Shown: positions 39,484 through 50,037, counted from the first letter of the stretch. The stretch is 64,000 nt of DNA from Candidatus Bathyarchaeota archaeon (GCA_963771885.1 CAVYVF010000023.1:704001-768000); one strand, 5' to 3'. Program-made: numbers and translations. Notes: generated by a model from the letters alone, not told the origin.

Positions 39484-40512
39484 TCACTTGATCTGCTTGG
39501 CGAGGCCGTCTAGGAAGGCCTTGATATCCTCGCGCTCGATGCCGTAGTGGGTGCATAGGCGCGTGCCGCCGCCGTGGCCCTGGCTCTTCCAGCCCAGCTT
39601 CTTGGTAGCCTTGTCCCAGTCGGCGTCCTTCCACCCGATGGCCGTGTAGTCGATGTAGACCATGTTGGTCTGGACCTCGTTGTTGATCTTTATACCCATC
39701 TTCTTGAGTCCCTCGGCGAGGAGCTTGGCGTTATCGTGGTCGTCCTTGAGCCTGTCGACCATCTTCGTCATAGCGATGATGCCGGGGGCCGCGATTATAC
39801 CCGCCTGCCTCATGCCTCCGCCTAGCATCTTCCTGTATTTCCTCGCCTTCTTGATGACGTCGGCTGGGCCGACGACGACGCTGCCCACGGGGGCGGCGAG
39901 TCCCTTGCTGAGGCATATCTGGACGGTGTCGGAGTACTGTGTGAGCTCCTTGACGTCGACGCCTAGGGCGACCGACGCGTTGAAGACGCGGGCCCCGTCC
40001 ATGTGGACGGCGAGTTTGTGCTTCTTTGCCACGTCCCAGTCGGCCTTCATCTGCTTGGTCGTGAGTGCGATGCCGCCCGCAGAGTTATGGGTGTTCTCGA
40101 TGCAGACGAGGGTCGTCGGCGGGAAGTGGATATTGTCGGGCCTGATCGCCTTCTCTATGTCCTCGGGCTTCATCCAGCCCTTCTCGCCGGGGACGGTACG
40201 CGCCATGAGCTGCCCCATAACGGCGAGGCCGCCCACCTCGTTGTAGAAGATGTGGCTCCTCTGCTCGAGGATTATCTCGTCGCCGCGGTGCGTGTGGGCG
40301 AGCACCGCGACGGCGTTGCCCATGGTGCCGCTGGTGACGAAGAGCGCCGCCTCCTTACCCGTTATCTCAGCGGCGATCTTCTCAAGCTCGTTTACAGTGG
40401 GGTCGTCGCCGAATACGTCGTCCCCGACCTTCGCCTTGTAGGACGCCTCCCTCATCTCTGGGGAGGGCCATGTGACCGTGTCGCTCCTGAAGTCCAGGTT
40501 CTTCTCGACCAT
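39484..40512 (-). CDS. ltaE: Low-specificity L-threonine aldolase family
   Basis: DFRSDTVT, SGTMGN, ENTHN, HMDGAR, CLSKGL, GGGMRQAG. Confidence 0.92.
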   Translation of the reverse strand: MVEKNLDFRSDTVTWPSPEMREASYKAKVGDDVFGDDPTVNELEKIAAEITGKEAALFVTSGTMGNAVAVLAHTHRGDEIILEQRSHIFYNEVGGLAVMGQLMARTVPGEKGWMKPEDIEKAIRPDNIHFPPTTLVCIENTHNSAGGIALTTKQMKADWDVAKKHKLAVHMDGARVFNASVALGVDVKELTQYSDTVQICLSKGLAAPVGSVVVGPADVIKKARKYRKMLGGGMRQAGIIAAPGIIAMTKMVDRLKDDHDNAKLLAEGLKKMGIKINNEVQTNMVYIDYTAIGWKDADWDKATKKLGWKSQGHGGGTRLCTHYGIEREDIKAFLDGLAKQIK

Positions 40513-40612
40513 ACGAAGTCGAGTACTAGGAACGCGTAACACGCTTAAGGAATTATGGGGCGATCTTGAATAAGCCTTAAAGGAGGGCAGATCCGGTAAG
40601 GTTTGAGAGCCA

Positions 40613-41494
40613 TTGCCGGAGAAACAGAGGAAATTCGGTAAAAAGACGATAGTCGCCGTGCTGTTCATACTTCTGTTCACGCTCAGCCTAGCCGTCGTCT
40701 TCTTCTACCCGTCGCCAGAGGAGGAGAACGTCGGATACGTTAATGTCAGCCGTAGCGAGGGCTACTGGGAGAACACCCTCGGCAACGTCAGCGACACCAG
40801 GTACCTCATCAACTACGGCGTATACGCCCTCTCCGACGCCCCCAAGGTAACAATTAAGGACAAGACCGACGCTGGACTTACCGAGATCCAGGTCACGCAG
40901 GACACTGACAACGTCAAGGTCAGCTACGACAAGGCGACTGGCGCTATTACCGTGGTCGTGACGGACATCCCAGCCGAGGGGAAGGTATTCGCGCAGCTCG
41001 CTTTCGTCATGGACCCCGTAGATATCTTCGCCCCCGGCGAGCAGCCGACGACGACAGTGATCCCCGAGAAGATCTACTGGGGGGACAAGACGGAGGTCGG
41101 CGTCGACATTGCTCCTTTCACGGTGACGAGGACGACAAACATGACGGAGGTCGGCGTATATGCGTGGCTCACAGACGCAGTGACCGAGATATCCAACGTC
41201 ACAACGGCGCCGCAGGCGGTCTGCGATCCTCCAATGTACCAGGCCATCTGGCAGTACAAGACCCCACAGGAGTACAGCTACACCAGACACAACGTCAACT
41301 ACACGGTAAGACTGCCAGTGACAAGCCAGAGCGGTGACGTCCTCCTCAGGACATGGGTCGAGGTGAGGTACTATTCGCCGCTGCGCATGATGGTGGACGG
41401 TACGATTTCAGGTGCTGACGGCTACTTCTTTAAAGTCGACTCATCGATAAGCTACCAGTATGAGAAGGGTATAAGCGCCAGCGTGCTCGGCTAG
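40613..41494 (+). CDS. Hypothetical membrane-anchored extracellular protein
   Basis: Basic N-terminus, one TM helix, Thr/Val-rich beta-type body with several NxS/T sequons. Confidence 0.75.
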   Translation: MPEKQRKFGKKTIVAVLFILLFTLSLAVVFFYPSPEEENVGYVNVSRSEGYWENTLGNVSDTRYLINYGVYALSDAPKVTIKDKTDAGLTEIQVTQDTDNVKVSYDKATGAITVVVTDIPAEGKVFAQLAFVMDPVDIFAPGEQPTTTVIPEKIYWGDKTEVGVDIAPFTVTRTTNMTEVGVYAWLTDAVTEISNVTTAPQAVCDPPMYQAIWQYKTPQEYSYTRHNVNYTVRLPVTSQSGDVLLRTWVEVRYYSPLRMMVDGTISGADGYFFKVDSSISYQYEKGISASVLG

Positions 41495-42141
41495 GCGTAG
41501 AGCTCCGCATTCCTCAGGGCGAGCTTCAAGTTATCCTCGGCACCGCTTAGCACGGGGACGCCATGCCCCGAGAGCATTACGTCCACCCTAAGCTTTGCCA
41601 ACTTACGCAGCGACTCTATGAGCTGCTCAATACTGCCAGATTCCCCGTCGAAGCGGCCGAAGTAGCCGTCGGGGAACGCCGTGTCGCCTGAGAAGAGTAT
41701 CCGTTGCTCCCTCGCGTAGAGGCACATCCCGCCCTCAGTGTGGCCCGGCGTCCAGATGACCTCTAGCGGCCAAAGTTCAGTCTCGATGACGTCGCCTTCT
41801 TCTGCTTTGACAAGGGATTCGCCGAGGCTGGATGCTATGTATCCGGTATCCAGGGTCTGGACGTAAACCTTGGGGTGTGCCTTCTCCAGTATAAGGAAGG
41901 CCCCCATAGCGTGGTCGTGGTGGGCGTGGGTTAGGACGACCTTGTCGACGTTCTCCGGCTTCACGCCTATGGAGTCTAGCTGGGGCCAGACCGGGTTGAG
42001 CCTGTTACCGACGCCTGCGTCAATTATCGTTGCCTTCTCCCTGCCGACGACGTATATGTTGCTGCAGAGACCTTCACCGACAATCATGTGTACGCTGTGG
42101 AGGATAGTGGTGTCTTTTCCGAGGTCGATTACCAGAGGCAT
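41491..42141 (-). CDS. MBL-fold metallo-hydrolase
   Basis: THAHHDH, TPGHT, SGD, SGHG. Confidence 0.92.
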   Translation of the reverse strand: MPLVIDLGKDTTILHSVHMIVGEGLCSNIYVVGREKATIIDAGVGNRLNPVWPQLDSIGVKPENVDKVVLTHAHHDHAMGAFLILEKAHPKVYVQTLDTGYIASSLGESLVKAEEGDVIETELWPLEVIWTPGHTEGGMCLYAREQRILFSGDTAFPDGYFGRFDGESGSIEQLIESLRKLAKLRVDVMLSGHGVPVLSGAEDNLKLALRNAELYA

Positions 42142-42181
42142 CGGGATCGCCTAGTCAAGGGTGCGCGTCTCTATAAGGATT

Positions 42182-42850
42182 CTAGGGTATGCGGACGAGG
42201 TGAAGGCGCAGAACCAGGTAGCCCTCCTCGTAGTCATAGTCGAGGCCCTCGAGATCGTGCCCCTCGGGTATCTTGTAGCTCTTGTCGAAGTTTTTGTCCG
42301 CCGTACTGTGCAGGTGGATGGAGGAGCCGGTTGACTCGACCATGATGGTTTTCTCGAGCTTCTTGGGGAGCTCGGCGGTGATAACGTATTCGACGTGCTC
42401 GAAATTGTCGCCACCGGTGAGGTTACCCTCCGTTATGGTGATGTCTTCGTCCTCCGATGGGGATGGTTTTTCCCTCGTGTGTATGTACCACGGGGCGAAG
42501 GAGGCAATAGATAGAGTGAGGAAGAAGAGTAGGCTGTAGAGGCCCGCGATCCAGGGGCTCACGTTACCAACTATGAATGGGAAGACGACGGTCACGTCCT
42601 CAGAGGGTATCCCCGCAACTATCCCCGCGGCAGCAGTTGAGAGCCCCACGATTATCATGAGGAGGCCGCCTGCTAGCATGAGCTTCTTCCGCCTCTCCTT
42701 GTTCGTGATGTCCTCCTCTATGCACTCAAGGCACCTGTGGGTGTCCTCATCGTAGCAGTCGCTGCAGACTAGGTGGCCACAGCCCGGGCATAAAATGTCG
42801 GCACCCTCGCCACCACAGACCCAGCAGTCCTTGCCCATGCCATTCACCAA
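42182..42850 (-). CDS. 8-Cys zinc finger + two TM helices + Hsp20/CS-like C-terminal domain
   Basis: Four CxxC pairs, two hydrophobic helices, ITAELP...YEEGYLVLRL resembling an alpha-crystallin domain. Confidence 0.7.
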   Translation of the reverse strand: MVNGMGKDCWVCGGEGADILCPGCGHLVCSDCYDEDTHRCLECIEEDITNKERRKKLMLAGGLLMIIVGLSTAAAGIVAGIPSEDVTVVFPFIVGNVSPWIAGLYSLLFFLTLSIASFAPWYIHTREKPSPSEDEDITITEGNLTGGDNFEHVEYVITAELPKKLEKTIMVESTGSSIHLHSTADKNFDKSYKIPEGHDLEGLDYDYEEGYLVLRLHLVRIP

Positions 42851-43086
42851 GCTATCAGCCCTACGAAGCTCGCGGCGTAGAGGGCGAATGTGACGAGAAT
42901 CCCTACGATTATGAAGAGTTTGATAATGCGTCTGCTCTCGTTTGCCTTCGCGAACGGTTTGTTAAGGAACCCGAGGTGTCTCTTCTCGAGCTCGGCGGGT
43001 TCGGCGCGGAGGCTCATGTAGACCATTACGACGCCTAACCACGCGATTATGAAGCCTAGCCCGATTACCGCGATGGATGAGTCCAC
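42844..43086 (-). CDS. Small two-TM membrane protein
   Basis: Two hydrophobic helices; overlaps the start of the next gene. Confidence 0.65.
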   Translation of the reverse strand: MDSSIAVIGLGFIIAWLGVVMVYMSLRAEPAELEKRHLGFLNKPFAKANESRRIIKLFIIVGILVTFALYAASFVGLIAW

Positions 43087-43179
43087 TTGAACCTCTCACA
43101 GATGGCTTGGCCGATTGTCTTAAACCTTTCTAGCGGCGATCCGGCTTTCCAATATACTCACCGCATCTCTATAGGTGCT

Positions 43180-43857
43180 CTAGGTGTTCCAGAGGCTCGC
43201 CTTACCCATATACTCGTTGACCTCCCACTCCCGTATCGAGACACTGTCCACGTCCACTACGTAAATCGCGTGGAGGCGGGCGTTGCGTATCTCCTCAACG
43301 CTGACGGGGGGGTTTGTGTAATAGAGGTCGCAGAGCTTCTTTATCGAGGCGATTTCCTCCTCGGTGCGGAACCGGGGAGGCTTTGTGAGGCTGGGAGGTA
43401 TCTGGAGGACGTAGTAGGGAGGCGTGGCGAGGACAAACTTGCTCGCGTAGCTGCTGTAGCGGACGATCTTGCTCGCGGCGCGTGCCCTGAGGTAGATGAG
43501 GGGGTCGACGGCGTTCTCGGGGGGCACGAATCCTGTTTCGGCCTCCACCATGAGGCTCCCAAGGCCCTTCTCGGCGTAGACGTCCGTGCTTATCCCATTG
43601 ACAGCGGTCTCGAGCTTGACGTCGAAGCCTGCCTCGACGAGGTGAGAGGCGCAGACGAGTTCCATAACGCTGTGGTTGATCTTTACCCTGTTCTGTTTGT
43701 GCATGCGCTCGAGGTCGTCACGCAGTTGCCGTATCTTGGGGTGGTAGGCTGGGTCTAGTTTATCGAATATCTTGGAGACGACGGAGTCTACGTCTCGCAT
43801 AAACTCCTCTGTAGACCCTTTTGCCCCCACTATCGGCACCGGTGCCCTTACCCTCAC
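43180..43857 (-). CDS. Hypothetical protein with PD-(D/E)XK-like motifs
   Basis: HSVMEL...E....DVYAEKG...VEAETG pattern. Confidence 0.7.
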   Translation of the reverse strand: MRVRAPVPIVGAKGSTEEFMRDVDSVVSKIFDKLDPAYHPKIRQLRDDLERMHKQNRVKINHSVMELVCASHLVEAGFDVKLETAVNGISTDVYAEKGLGSLMVEAETGFVPPENAVDPLIYLRARAASKIVRYSSYASKFVLATPPYYVLQIPPSLTKPPRFRTEEEIASIKKLCDLYYTNPPVSVEEIRNARLHAIYVVDVDSVSIREWEVNEYMGKASLWNT

Positions 43858-43940
43858 TCAGCGAAACTAACTATTAAAGTGTCCCGGTCAGCCCGGATGA
43901 TGATAAATATGCCCGTGTGGCACCTTATACGCGACCGATA

Positions 43941-44252
43941 ATGCCCGAGAAGAATGTTTGGGAGATATTCAGCACCGAGTGCCCTAGCGTCAGCGAGGCC
44001 TACATGAAGCTCAGCCAGGCGATCAGCGCCCACGGCGGGCTCGACGAGAAGACGAGGCTCCTCATCCTCGTCGGCATCCACTCTACAACCCGCGACCCGG
44101 TGGCTCTGCGCCACTTCGTAGGCCTCGCCCTCAAGGCAGGGATACCAAAGAAGCAGATAGAGTCCGCGGCGCTCCTCGCCTTCAACACCGGCGTCACAAA
44201 CGCCGAGCTCGCCATCCCGATCATCGAGGAGATGGCGAAGAAGGCAAAGTAG
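43941..44252 (+). CDS. Carboxymuconolactone decarboxylase (CMD) family protein
   Basis: GLDEKTRLLI...RHFVGLALKAG; no CxxC. Confidence 0.8.
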   Translation: MPEKNVWEIFSTECPSVSEAYMKLSQAISAHGGLDEKTRLLILVGIHSTTRDPVALRHFVGLALKAGIPKKQIESAALLAFNTGVTNAELAIPIIEEMAKKAK

Positions 44253-44664
44253 ACAGGTCCACCTTCTTCAGACCCGTTTCTTTTATGAATCCGAATGACT
44301 TGACCCTGAAGAGGTGGCTCCCGCAGGAGCAGTCACTGCAGCCGAAGTGGGGGATGGCTTCTCCCTTCTCCGCGACCTTCTCGGCTATCTCGCACTCCAT
44401 CCTCACCGCCCAATCCGTAGCGTAGATCGCCTCGATCTCGACGCCGGGCTCGCGGAGCAGGTAGTCGATGTGCCAGTGGGTGACCTTTCCCTCCCCCCTC
44501 GCGGTGCGGAGGTGTCTCTCGAGGCGGGGGATGAGGCTGTTCAGGGCGGAGCCAACGTAGACGTAACGCCCCCGTGGGAAATCGATCTCACCCAGCGCGC
44601 CAACCTTGATCCTGCTGTCTCTGTCGACATTTATGCAGAGGCAGTAGCTCCCCCGGGTTACCAT
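44221..44664 (-). CDS. GIY-YIG nuclease, DUF123 family
   Basis: GSYCL, YVYVGSA, HWHIDYL, FGCSDCSCGSHL. Confidence 0.9.
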   Translation of the reverse strand: MVTRGSYCLCINVDRDSRIKVGALGEIDFPRGRYVYVGSALNSLIPRLERHLRTARGEGKVTHWHIDYLLREPGVEIEAIYATDWAVRMECEIAEKVAEKGEAIPHFGCSDCSCGSHLFRVKSFGFIKETGLKKVDLSTLPSSPSPR

Positions 44665-44698
44665 GAGGGAAGAGCCACGCCTCCGTTTAAAAAAATGG

Positions 44699-46613
44699 TC
44701 ACTTGAGGTGCTGCGTTGAACCAGTCGACCATATCGTGTAGGCGTCGCTTCCTTATGGCGGGGCGTGCGAGGTTCCTGAACGTGTGGCTGCCCTCCGTGT
44801 AGAGGATGAGCTTCGTCTCGACGCCGAGGTACTTGAGCGCCGTGTACATCTGTATGCTCTGGTCCATCCAGCACCTGTTATCATTCATGCTGTGGATGAA
44901 CATCGTCGGCGTCTTGGCGTTCTTGGCATAGGTGAGGGGCGACTTCTCCTCGTATGCCTCGGGGTTGGTCCAAGGGTCTCCGCCGATCTGGTCGGGGCCG
45001 AAGTGGAAGCCTATGTCGGTTGTGCCGAAGAAGCTGGTCCAGTTGCAGATGCTGTTCTGGCTCAGGGCGCACCTGAAGCGGTTCGTATGGCCGATAACCC
45101 AGTTCGTCATGAATCCGCCATAGCTTAGCCCCGTGACGGCGATGCGCGTCTCGTCTATCCAGTCATATGCGCCGAGGACGTGATCTACGAACTCCATGAA
45201 GTCGCGGTAGTCCCGAGTCCCGTACTTGAATCGGATGTCGGCGAATTCCTGGTCGTAGCCGTCGCTGCCCCTGATGTTTGCGTAGACGACTACGTAGCCC
45301 TCCGAAGCGTATATCTGGTGCTCAAACATGGGGGCGTAACCATACTTGCTCCGAGGCCCGCCGTGGATGTCGAAGATGGCCGGGTACTCCTTTCCCATCT
45401 TCCACCCGTAGGGCTTGAGGAGCCACCCCTCGATGGTGGCGCCGTCGCTCGCCTCGAAGCTGAAGTGCTCCCCGTCGATCATCGGTGCCTCCGCAAGCGG
45501 GGCTTCCGATAGGCGGGTGATCTTCGCCTCATTCTTCCCATTCTTGACGTAGACCTCGGCGGGCTCCGCGATCCCGGTGCGAGTGTAGGCGACGACTCCA
45601 CCGCGGACGCTGAACTCCTCGACACAGAAGTCGCCCGAGGCGACCATGGCGACCTCACCGTCTTCCGGCTTAATACTGCGAAGCTCGTTCCTACCTCCGT
45701 CGCTCACGGGGAAGTATATCCTGTCGCCGTCCCAGACGGGGCTCGACGAGCCCGCGTACTGGCTACGGAGGTCGTTGTAGACGACGCGTCCGCTGCCCCT
45801 GTCGAGCTTTCCAGTGAGGTCTGTGGGCTCGCCGCCGATCGGGGGGATGACCCAGACCGTCGTGTGAGTCGGGTAGCCGTGGCTCAGGTCGTTCCCCGTG
45901 AAGAAGAGCAGCTCGTCATCGGGGGACCAGCCTATGCTCGCTATTGTATGCTTCTCTAGGAGCTTTAGGCACTCGCCCTTCTCCTCATCGAGTACGTAGA
46001 GAGTGGTCTCCCTTGGCGCCGACTCTGTCTCGGCGACGGCGTAGGCGACGCGCTTGCCTATGTTCGAAGGGGCGTGACAGGCGACGTCCACCTCACCCTT
46101 CGTGATCTGCCTCATACTGCCCGAGGCGACGTCGACGACGTGAAGGTGTTTCCTCCTGTAGTGGGTCCAGCCTACTCCGTCGTACCAGAAGGTGAGGTGC
46201 TCGATGACGCGTACGTCCTTAGGCTCCTCACCAACGTAGCCGAGGTAGTAGATGCGCTCTCCGTCGCCGCTCCAGACGGGCTGCTCGGCTCCCCCCGGCG
46301 CCCTGCAGACTAGGCGCGGCTCCCCCTGCGGGGTCGTCACCCATATCTCAGCGCCTTTCTCCCCCTCTTTTAGCCCCCTGTTGGAGACGAAGGCGAGCTG
46401 CGAGCCGTCGGGGCTCCACGTTGGGCTCCTCGCCTTCTCCCAGAACGTCTTCGGCGAGCCATTCTTCGGGTCGACGAGGTAGAGCGTAGATACGTATGCG
46501 TCTCCCTGCGCCCGGGTGATGACGTAGGCGAGGCTTCCCCCATCCGGCGAGAGCTGCGGGTGGGATGCAGCCACGAACTTTTCGAGGTCTTCTATCTCAA
46601 GCCTTCTCGGCAA
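44699..46613 (-). CDS. S9 family acylaminoacyl/dipeptidyl peptidase (apparent 1-nt insertion near 44714)
   Basis: Beta-propeller WSPDG repeats, IHGGP, GLSYGG, NDNRC, EGSH; removing one base gives the typical end WFNQHLK* at 44699; as read, the ORF ends at 44658. Confidence 0.92.
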
Positions 46614-46710
46614 TGGAATCACTGGAATAGCATAGGGGTGATCCGGATTTAAGATTGGGCAGGTGGGGTTGCCTGCAAAGTTTTTTCGGCGTAAGGGGGT
46701 ATCTGTACAT

Positions 46711-47886
46711 ATGGTTCTCAAGCTGAGGGACGAGTGGCCCCTGCTCAAGGGTAAGATTCACTTCGATACGGCTACGACGGGCGCGATGCCAGCGTCGACG
46801 ATAAAGGTTCTCGGAGAGTACGTCGAGACAGTCCAGGCGATGTTCCGCGGAGACCTGCCCTGGCAGTCAGGCACGGGTGACTATGCAAACCGGCGCCTCA
46901 ACTCGAAGAAGCTCTTCGCCGAGGTCATCGGGGGGAAGGAGGAGGAGATTGCCTTCATCCCGAACGCGACAGCGGGCATCAACACTGCGATCAACATGAT
47001 CCCCGTCAAGAGGGGGCAGAATTTCGTCTGCACGAACCTCAGTTTCCCGATGGGGGCGACAATCGTCAATAAGCAGAGGGACCGCGGCGCCAAGCCCAAG
47101 TGGCTCAAGAATAAGAAGGGCATCGTCACCCTCGAGCAGTTCGAGAAGGCTGTGAACGACAAGACCGCAGCCGTTGTTGTGGACCAGCCGAGCTGGTTCA
47201 ACGGTTACCTGCACGACCTCAAGGCGCTTAGCGAGGTCTGCCACAAGCATGGGGCGAAGCTCGTTGTCGACGGCACCCAAAGTATAGGCAGCCTCGCGTG
47301 GGAGGCGGACAGGTGGGGGGTCGACTTCGCGGCGACGAGCACCTATAAGTGGCTCATGGGTGGTCACTATGGGCAGTCGGCGGGCTTCCTCTTCGTCTCG
47401 AAGTCCAACATAGACGCGACTCAACCCGTCTACGTCGGTGAGAAGACACTGGAGCCGAAGGTCGGGGAGCAGAACACGTTCGATGAGTTCACTCTCTACG
47501 ACTGGAAGCCCCGGAAGGGGCTGGAGCGGATCGAGGTCTTCGCCAGGCAGGAGATCAGCTACGTCGCCGTGGAGAACTCGATGAAGGTACTACTGGCCCA
47601 CGGCAAGAAGGCGGTTGAAAGGCAGGTTAGGGACGTGGACAACACGCTCGTTGAGGAACTTACGAAGAGGCACTTCAAGCTGCAGACGCCGAAGGAGGAG
47701 GAGAAGCGCATATACGTCAACGTGCAGGTCCCCGACTTCAAGGCGGTGGGCGAGAAGTTGATGGCGAGAAACGTACACGTCGCCGCGAGGATCGGCGGGC
47801 TCCGCATCAGCCCCCACTTCTACAACACGGAGGAGGAGGCGGTCGCACTCGTCAAGGTGCTCCGCGAGGTCACAAAGCCCCGGTAA
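46711..47886 (+). CDS. Aminotransferase class V PLP enzyme
   Basis: VVDGTQSIG, TYKWLMG, LRISPHFYNT. Confidence 0.9.
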   Translation: MVLKLRDEWPLLKGKIHFDTATTGAMPASTIKVLGEYVETVQAMFRGDLPWQSGTGDYANRRLNSKKLFAEVIGGKEEEIAFIPNATAGINTAINMIPVKRGQNFVCTNLSFPMGATIVNKQRDRGAKPKWLKNKKGIVTLEQFEKAVNDKTAAVVVDQPSWFNGYLHDLKALSEVCHKHGAKLVVDGTQSIGSLAWEADRWGVDFAATSTYKWLMGGHYGQSAGFLFVSKSNIDATQPVYVGEKTLEPKVGEQNTFDEFTLYDWKPRKGLERIEVFARQEISYVAVENSMKVLLAHGKKAVERQVRDVDNTLVEELTKRHFKLQTPKEEEKRIYVNVQVPDFKAVGEKLMARNVHVAARIGGLRISPHFYNTEEEAVALVKVLREVTKPR

Positions 47887-47926
47887 ACGCTTTTACTCAA
47901 GCCTGGTACTTCTCAATCGATCCTGC

Positions 47927-49165
47927 ATGAAGGTGCTAGTCGTCGGCAACGGGGCGAGGGAGCACGCGATCGCCAAGAAGCTTTACGCCGACGGAGCCGA
48001 GCTTACCTCCGCGATGGCGAAGAGGAACCCTGGAATAGCCTCAATAAGCAAACGCATCGAACTAATCGACATAAACAAGCCCGGCGACTACGACCGCTTC
48101 TCGGGCTTTGACATCGCATTCATTGGCCCCGAGGCGCCACTCGCCGCCGGCATCGCCGACGTATTGGTCGCAAAGGGGATACCAACGGTCGGTCCTATCA
48201 AGAGCCTCGCCCGCCTCGAGTGGAGCAAGAGCTACGCCCGCATGGTCCTCGAGGAGGCCGGCATCCCTGGCAACCCCGCCTTCAAGATATGCAGGAGCCT
48301 CACCGAGGTCAGGCTCTTCCTCAGGGACCATCCCGACGTCGCAGTCAAACCCGACGTCCTCACCGGCGGCAAGGGCGTAAAGCTCACAGGCGAGCACCTC
48401 AGAACCCAGAAGGAGATCGAGGACTACTGCGCTGAGTGCATAAAGAACGACGGCCTCGTAGTTCTCGAGGAGAAGCTCCTCGGCAAGGAGTTCACGCTGC
48501 AGGCTTTCGTCGACGGTAAGCATGTTGAGGTGATGCCGCTCGTCCGCGACTTCAAGAGGGCGTATGACGGCGACAAGGGCCCCAACACGGGGAGCATGGG
48601 GAGCTACAGTTGCCCCGACCACGGCATGCCCGACCTCTCCGCTGACGTCGTTAAGACGGGCGCTGACATCATGAAGCAGACTATCGCGAGCCTCACCGAG
48701 TCAGTAGGCGAGTACCACGGCTTCCTCTATGGAGGCTTCATGAACACCTCCAACGGTGTCTACCTCATCGAGTACAACTCGCGCCTTGGCGACCCCGAGG
48801 CGATAAATGTCCTCGCCCTCCTCGACGACTCGCTCATCGACACCGGGTTCAAGATGGTCGAGGGCAAGCTCAGTAAATCCAACTTCCGGAAGGAGGCGAC
48901 GGTCTGCGTATACGTCGTCCCCGATGGCTACCCAGAGAACCCAAAGAAGGACCTGCCCATCACTATTGGGAAGCTCAAGCACTCGGAGCCCTACTATGCC
49001 TCGGTCTACGCGGAGGGAGGCGTCATAAGGACGACGACCAGCAGGGCGGTGGCGCTCCTCGCGAGGGGCAGGACCGTCGCCGAGGCACGCGAGCGCGTCT
49101 ACGCAGACGCCAGCGCCGTTAAGGGCGCAGTCTTCTACCGCCGCGACATAGCCGCTGGTGCCTAA
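47927..49165 (+). CDS. purD: Phosphoribosylamine--glycine ligase
   Basis: VGNGAREHA, GPEAPL, GGKGV, GPNTGSMG, EYNSRLGDPE, YRRDIA. Confidence 0.96.
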   Translation: MKVLVVGNGAREHAIAKKLYADGAELTSAMAKRNPGIASISKRIELIDINKPGDYDRFSGFDIAFIGPEAPLAAGIADVLVAKGIPTVGPIKSLARLEWSKSYARMVLEEAGIPGNPAFKICRSLTEVRLFLRDHPDVAVKPDVLTGGKGVKLTGEHLRTQKEIEDYCAECIKNDGLVVLEEKLLGKEFTLQAFVDGKHVEVMPLVRDFKRAYDGDKGPNTGSMGSYSCPDHGMPDLSADVVKTGADIMKQTIASLTESVGEYHGFLYGGFMNTSNGVYLIEYNSRLGDPEAINVLALLDDSLIDTGFKMVEGKLSKSNFRKEATVCVYVVPDGYPENPKKDLPITIGKLKHSEPYYASVYAEGGVIRTTTSRAVALLARGRTVAEARERVYADASAVKGAVFYRRDIAAGA

Positions 49166-49217
49166 TCCACACAAGTTATTAGGAAACGCCCCGAGGAATT
49201 AGTATTCAGGTGCTTCT

Positions 49218-49787
49218 ATGAGCAACAGGGATGACAGACTGGCGAGGCTTGAGGCCATCCTCTACGCCTCTGGTCGTCCCCTGAGCCTCGCCACCATAGT
49301 AGCTCATTTAAAGTTGGAGAACGAGGTGGAGGCGAAGCAGCTCACGTTGCGTCTTGGGGACATCTACGAGCAGGGCGGAAGTCCTCTTGAGGTCAGATAT
49401 CTCCCCGAGGACCGCGTAGTCATCCAGTTGAAGACTGACTACACGAAGGAGGCGCGCAAGTTCAGCATACGCCCCCTACTCACCGCGGGGCCACTCCGCA
49501 CCCTCAGTTACATCGCCTACAACCAGCCCATCGAGCAAAGGGAGGTCGCCATCGCGAGGGGTAGCCAGAGCTACCAGCATATTAAACAGCTCGTCCAGAT
49601 GGGGCTCGTTACAAAGGAGAAGGGTACTGGCAGGGCTAAGCTACTCAAGACGACGGACGACTTCGCGGACACCCTCGGACTCAGCAGGGATCGTGGCAAC
49701 ATGAAGCGCCAGCTTAGGAGCCTCTTCCACAAGTTGGAGACAGAGGACCTGCAGAACAAGCAGGCGAAGCAGTCGAAAGAGCAGTAG
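49218..49787 (+). CDS. scpB: SMC-Scp complex subunit ScpB
   Basis: LEAILYASG, LRTLSYIAYNQPI, TTDDFADTLGL. Confidence 0.92.
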   Translation: MSNRDDRLARLEAILYASGRPLSLATIVAHLKLENEVEAKQLTLRLGDIYEQGGSPLEVRYLPEDRVVIQLKTDYTKEARKFSIRPLLTAGPLRTLSYIAYNQPIEQREVAIARGSQSYQHIKQLVQMGLVTKEKGTGRAKLLKTTDDFADTLGLSRDRGNMKRQLRSLFHKLETEDLQNKQAKQSKEQ

Positions 49788-49914
49788 GCGACGGGCCCAC
49801 GCTGCGATAAAATGATTTATCCTCATGCACGCGCGTACGAGAAGTACATTCTCTACTAGACTCCGCCATCATAACCTTTTATAGCCACCAGCATGGGGCA
49901 ACCATAGAAGACCC

Positions 49915-50037
49915 ATGGATGAGACCCTGCTCATAATCGCCACGCTCGTCAGCCTCATACCAGGCGCCTACTTCGCATGGAAAGTCATAAAGGGCGCTAT
50001 TCTCGCCTTCCGACGGGGGAGCGACGACGATCTTTAG
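49915..50037 (+). CDS. Putative 40-aa single-TM small protein
   Basis: MDETLLIIATLVSLIPGAYFAWKVIKGAILAFRRGSDDDL with TTTTATA upstream. Confidence 0.5.
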   Translation: MDETLLIIATLVSLIPGAYFAWKVIKGAILAFRRGSDDDL

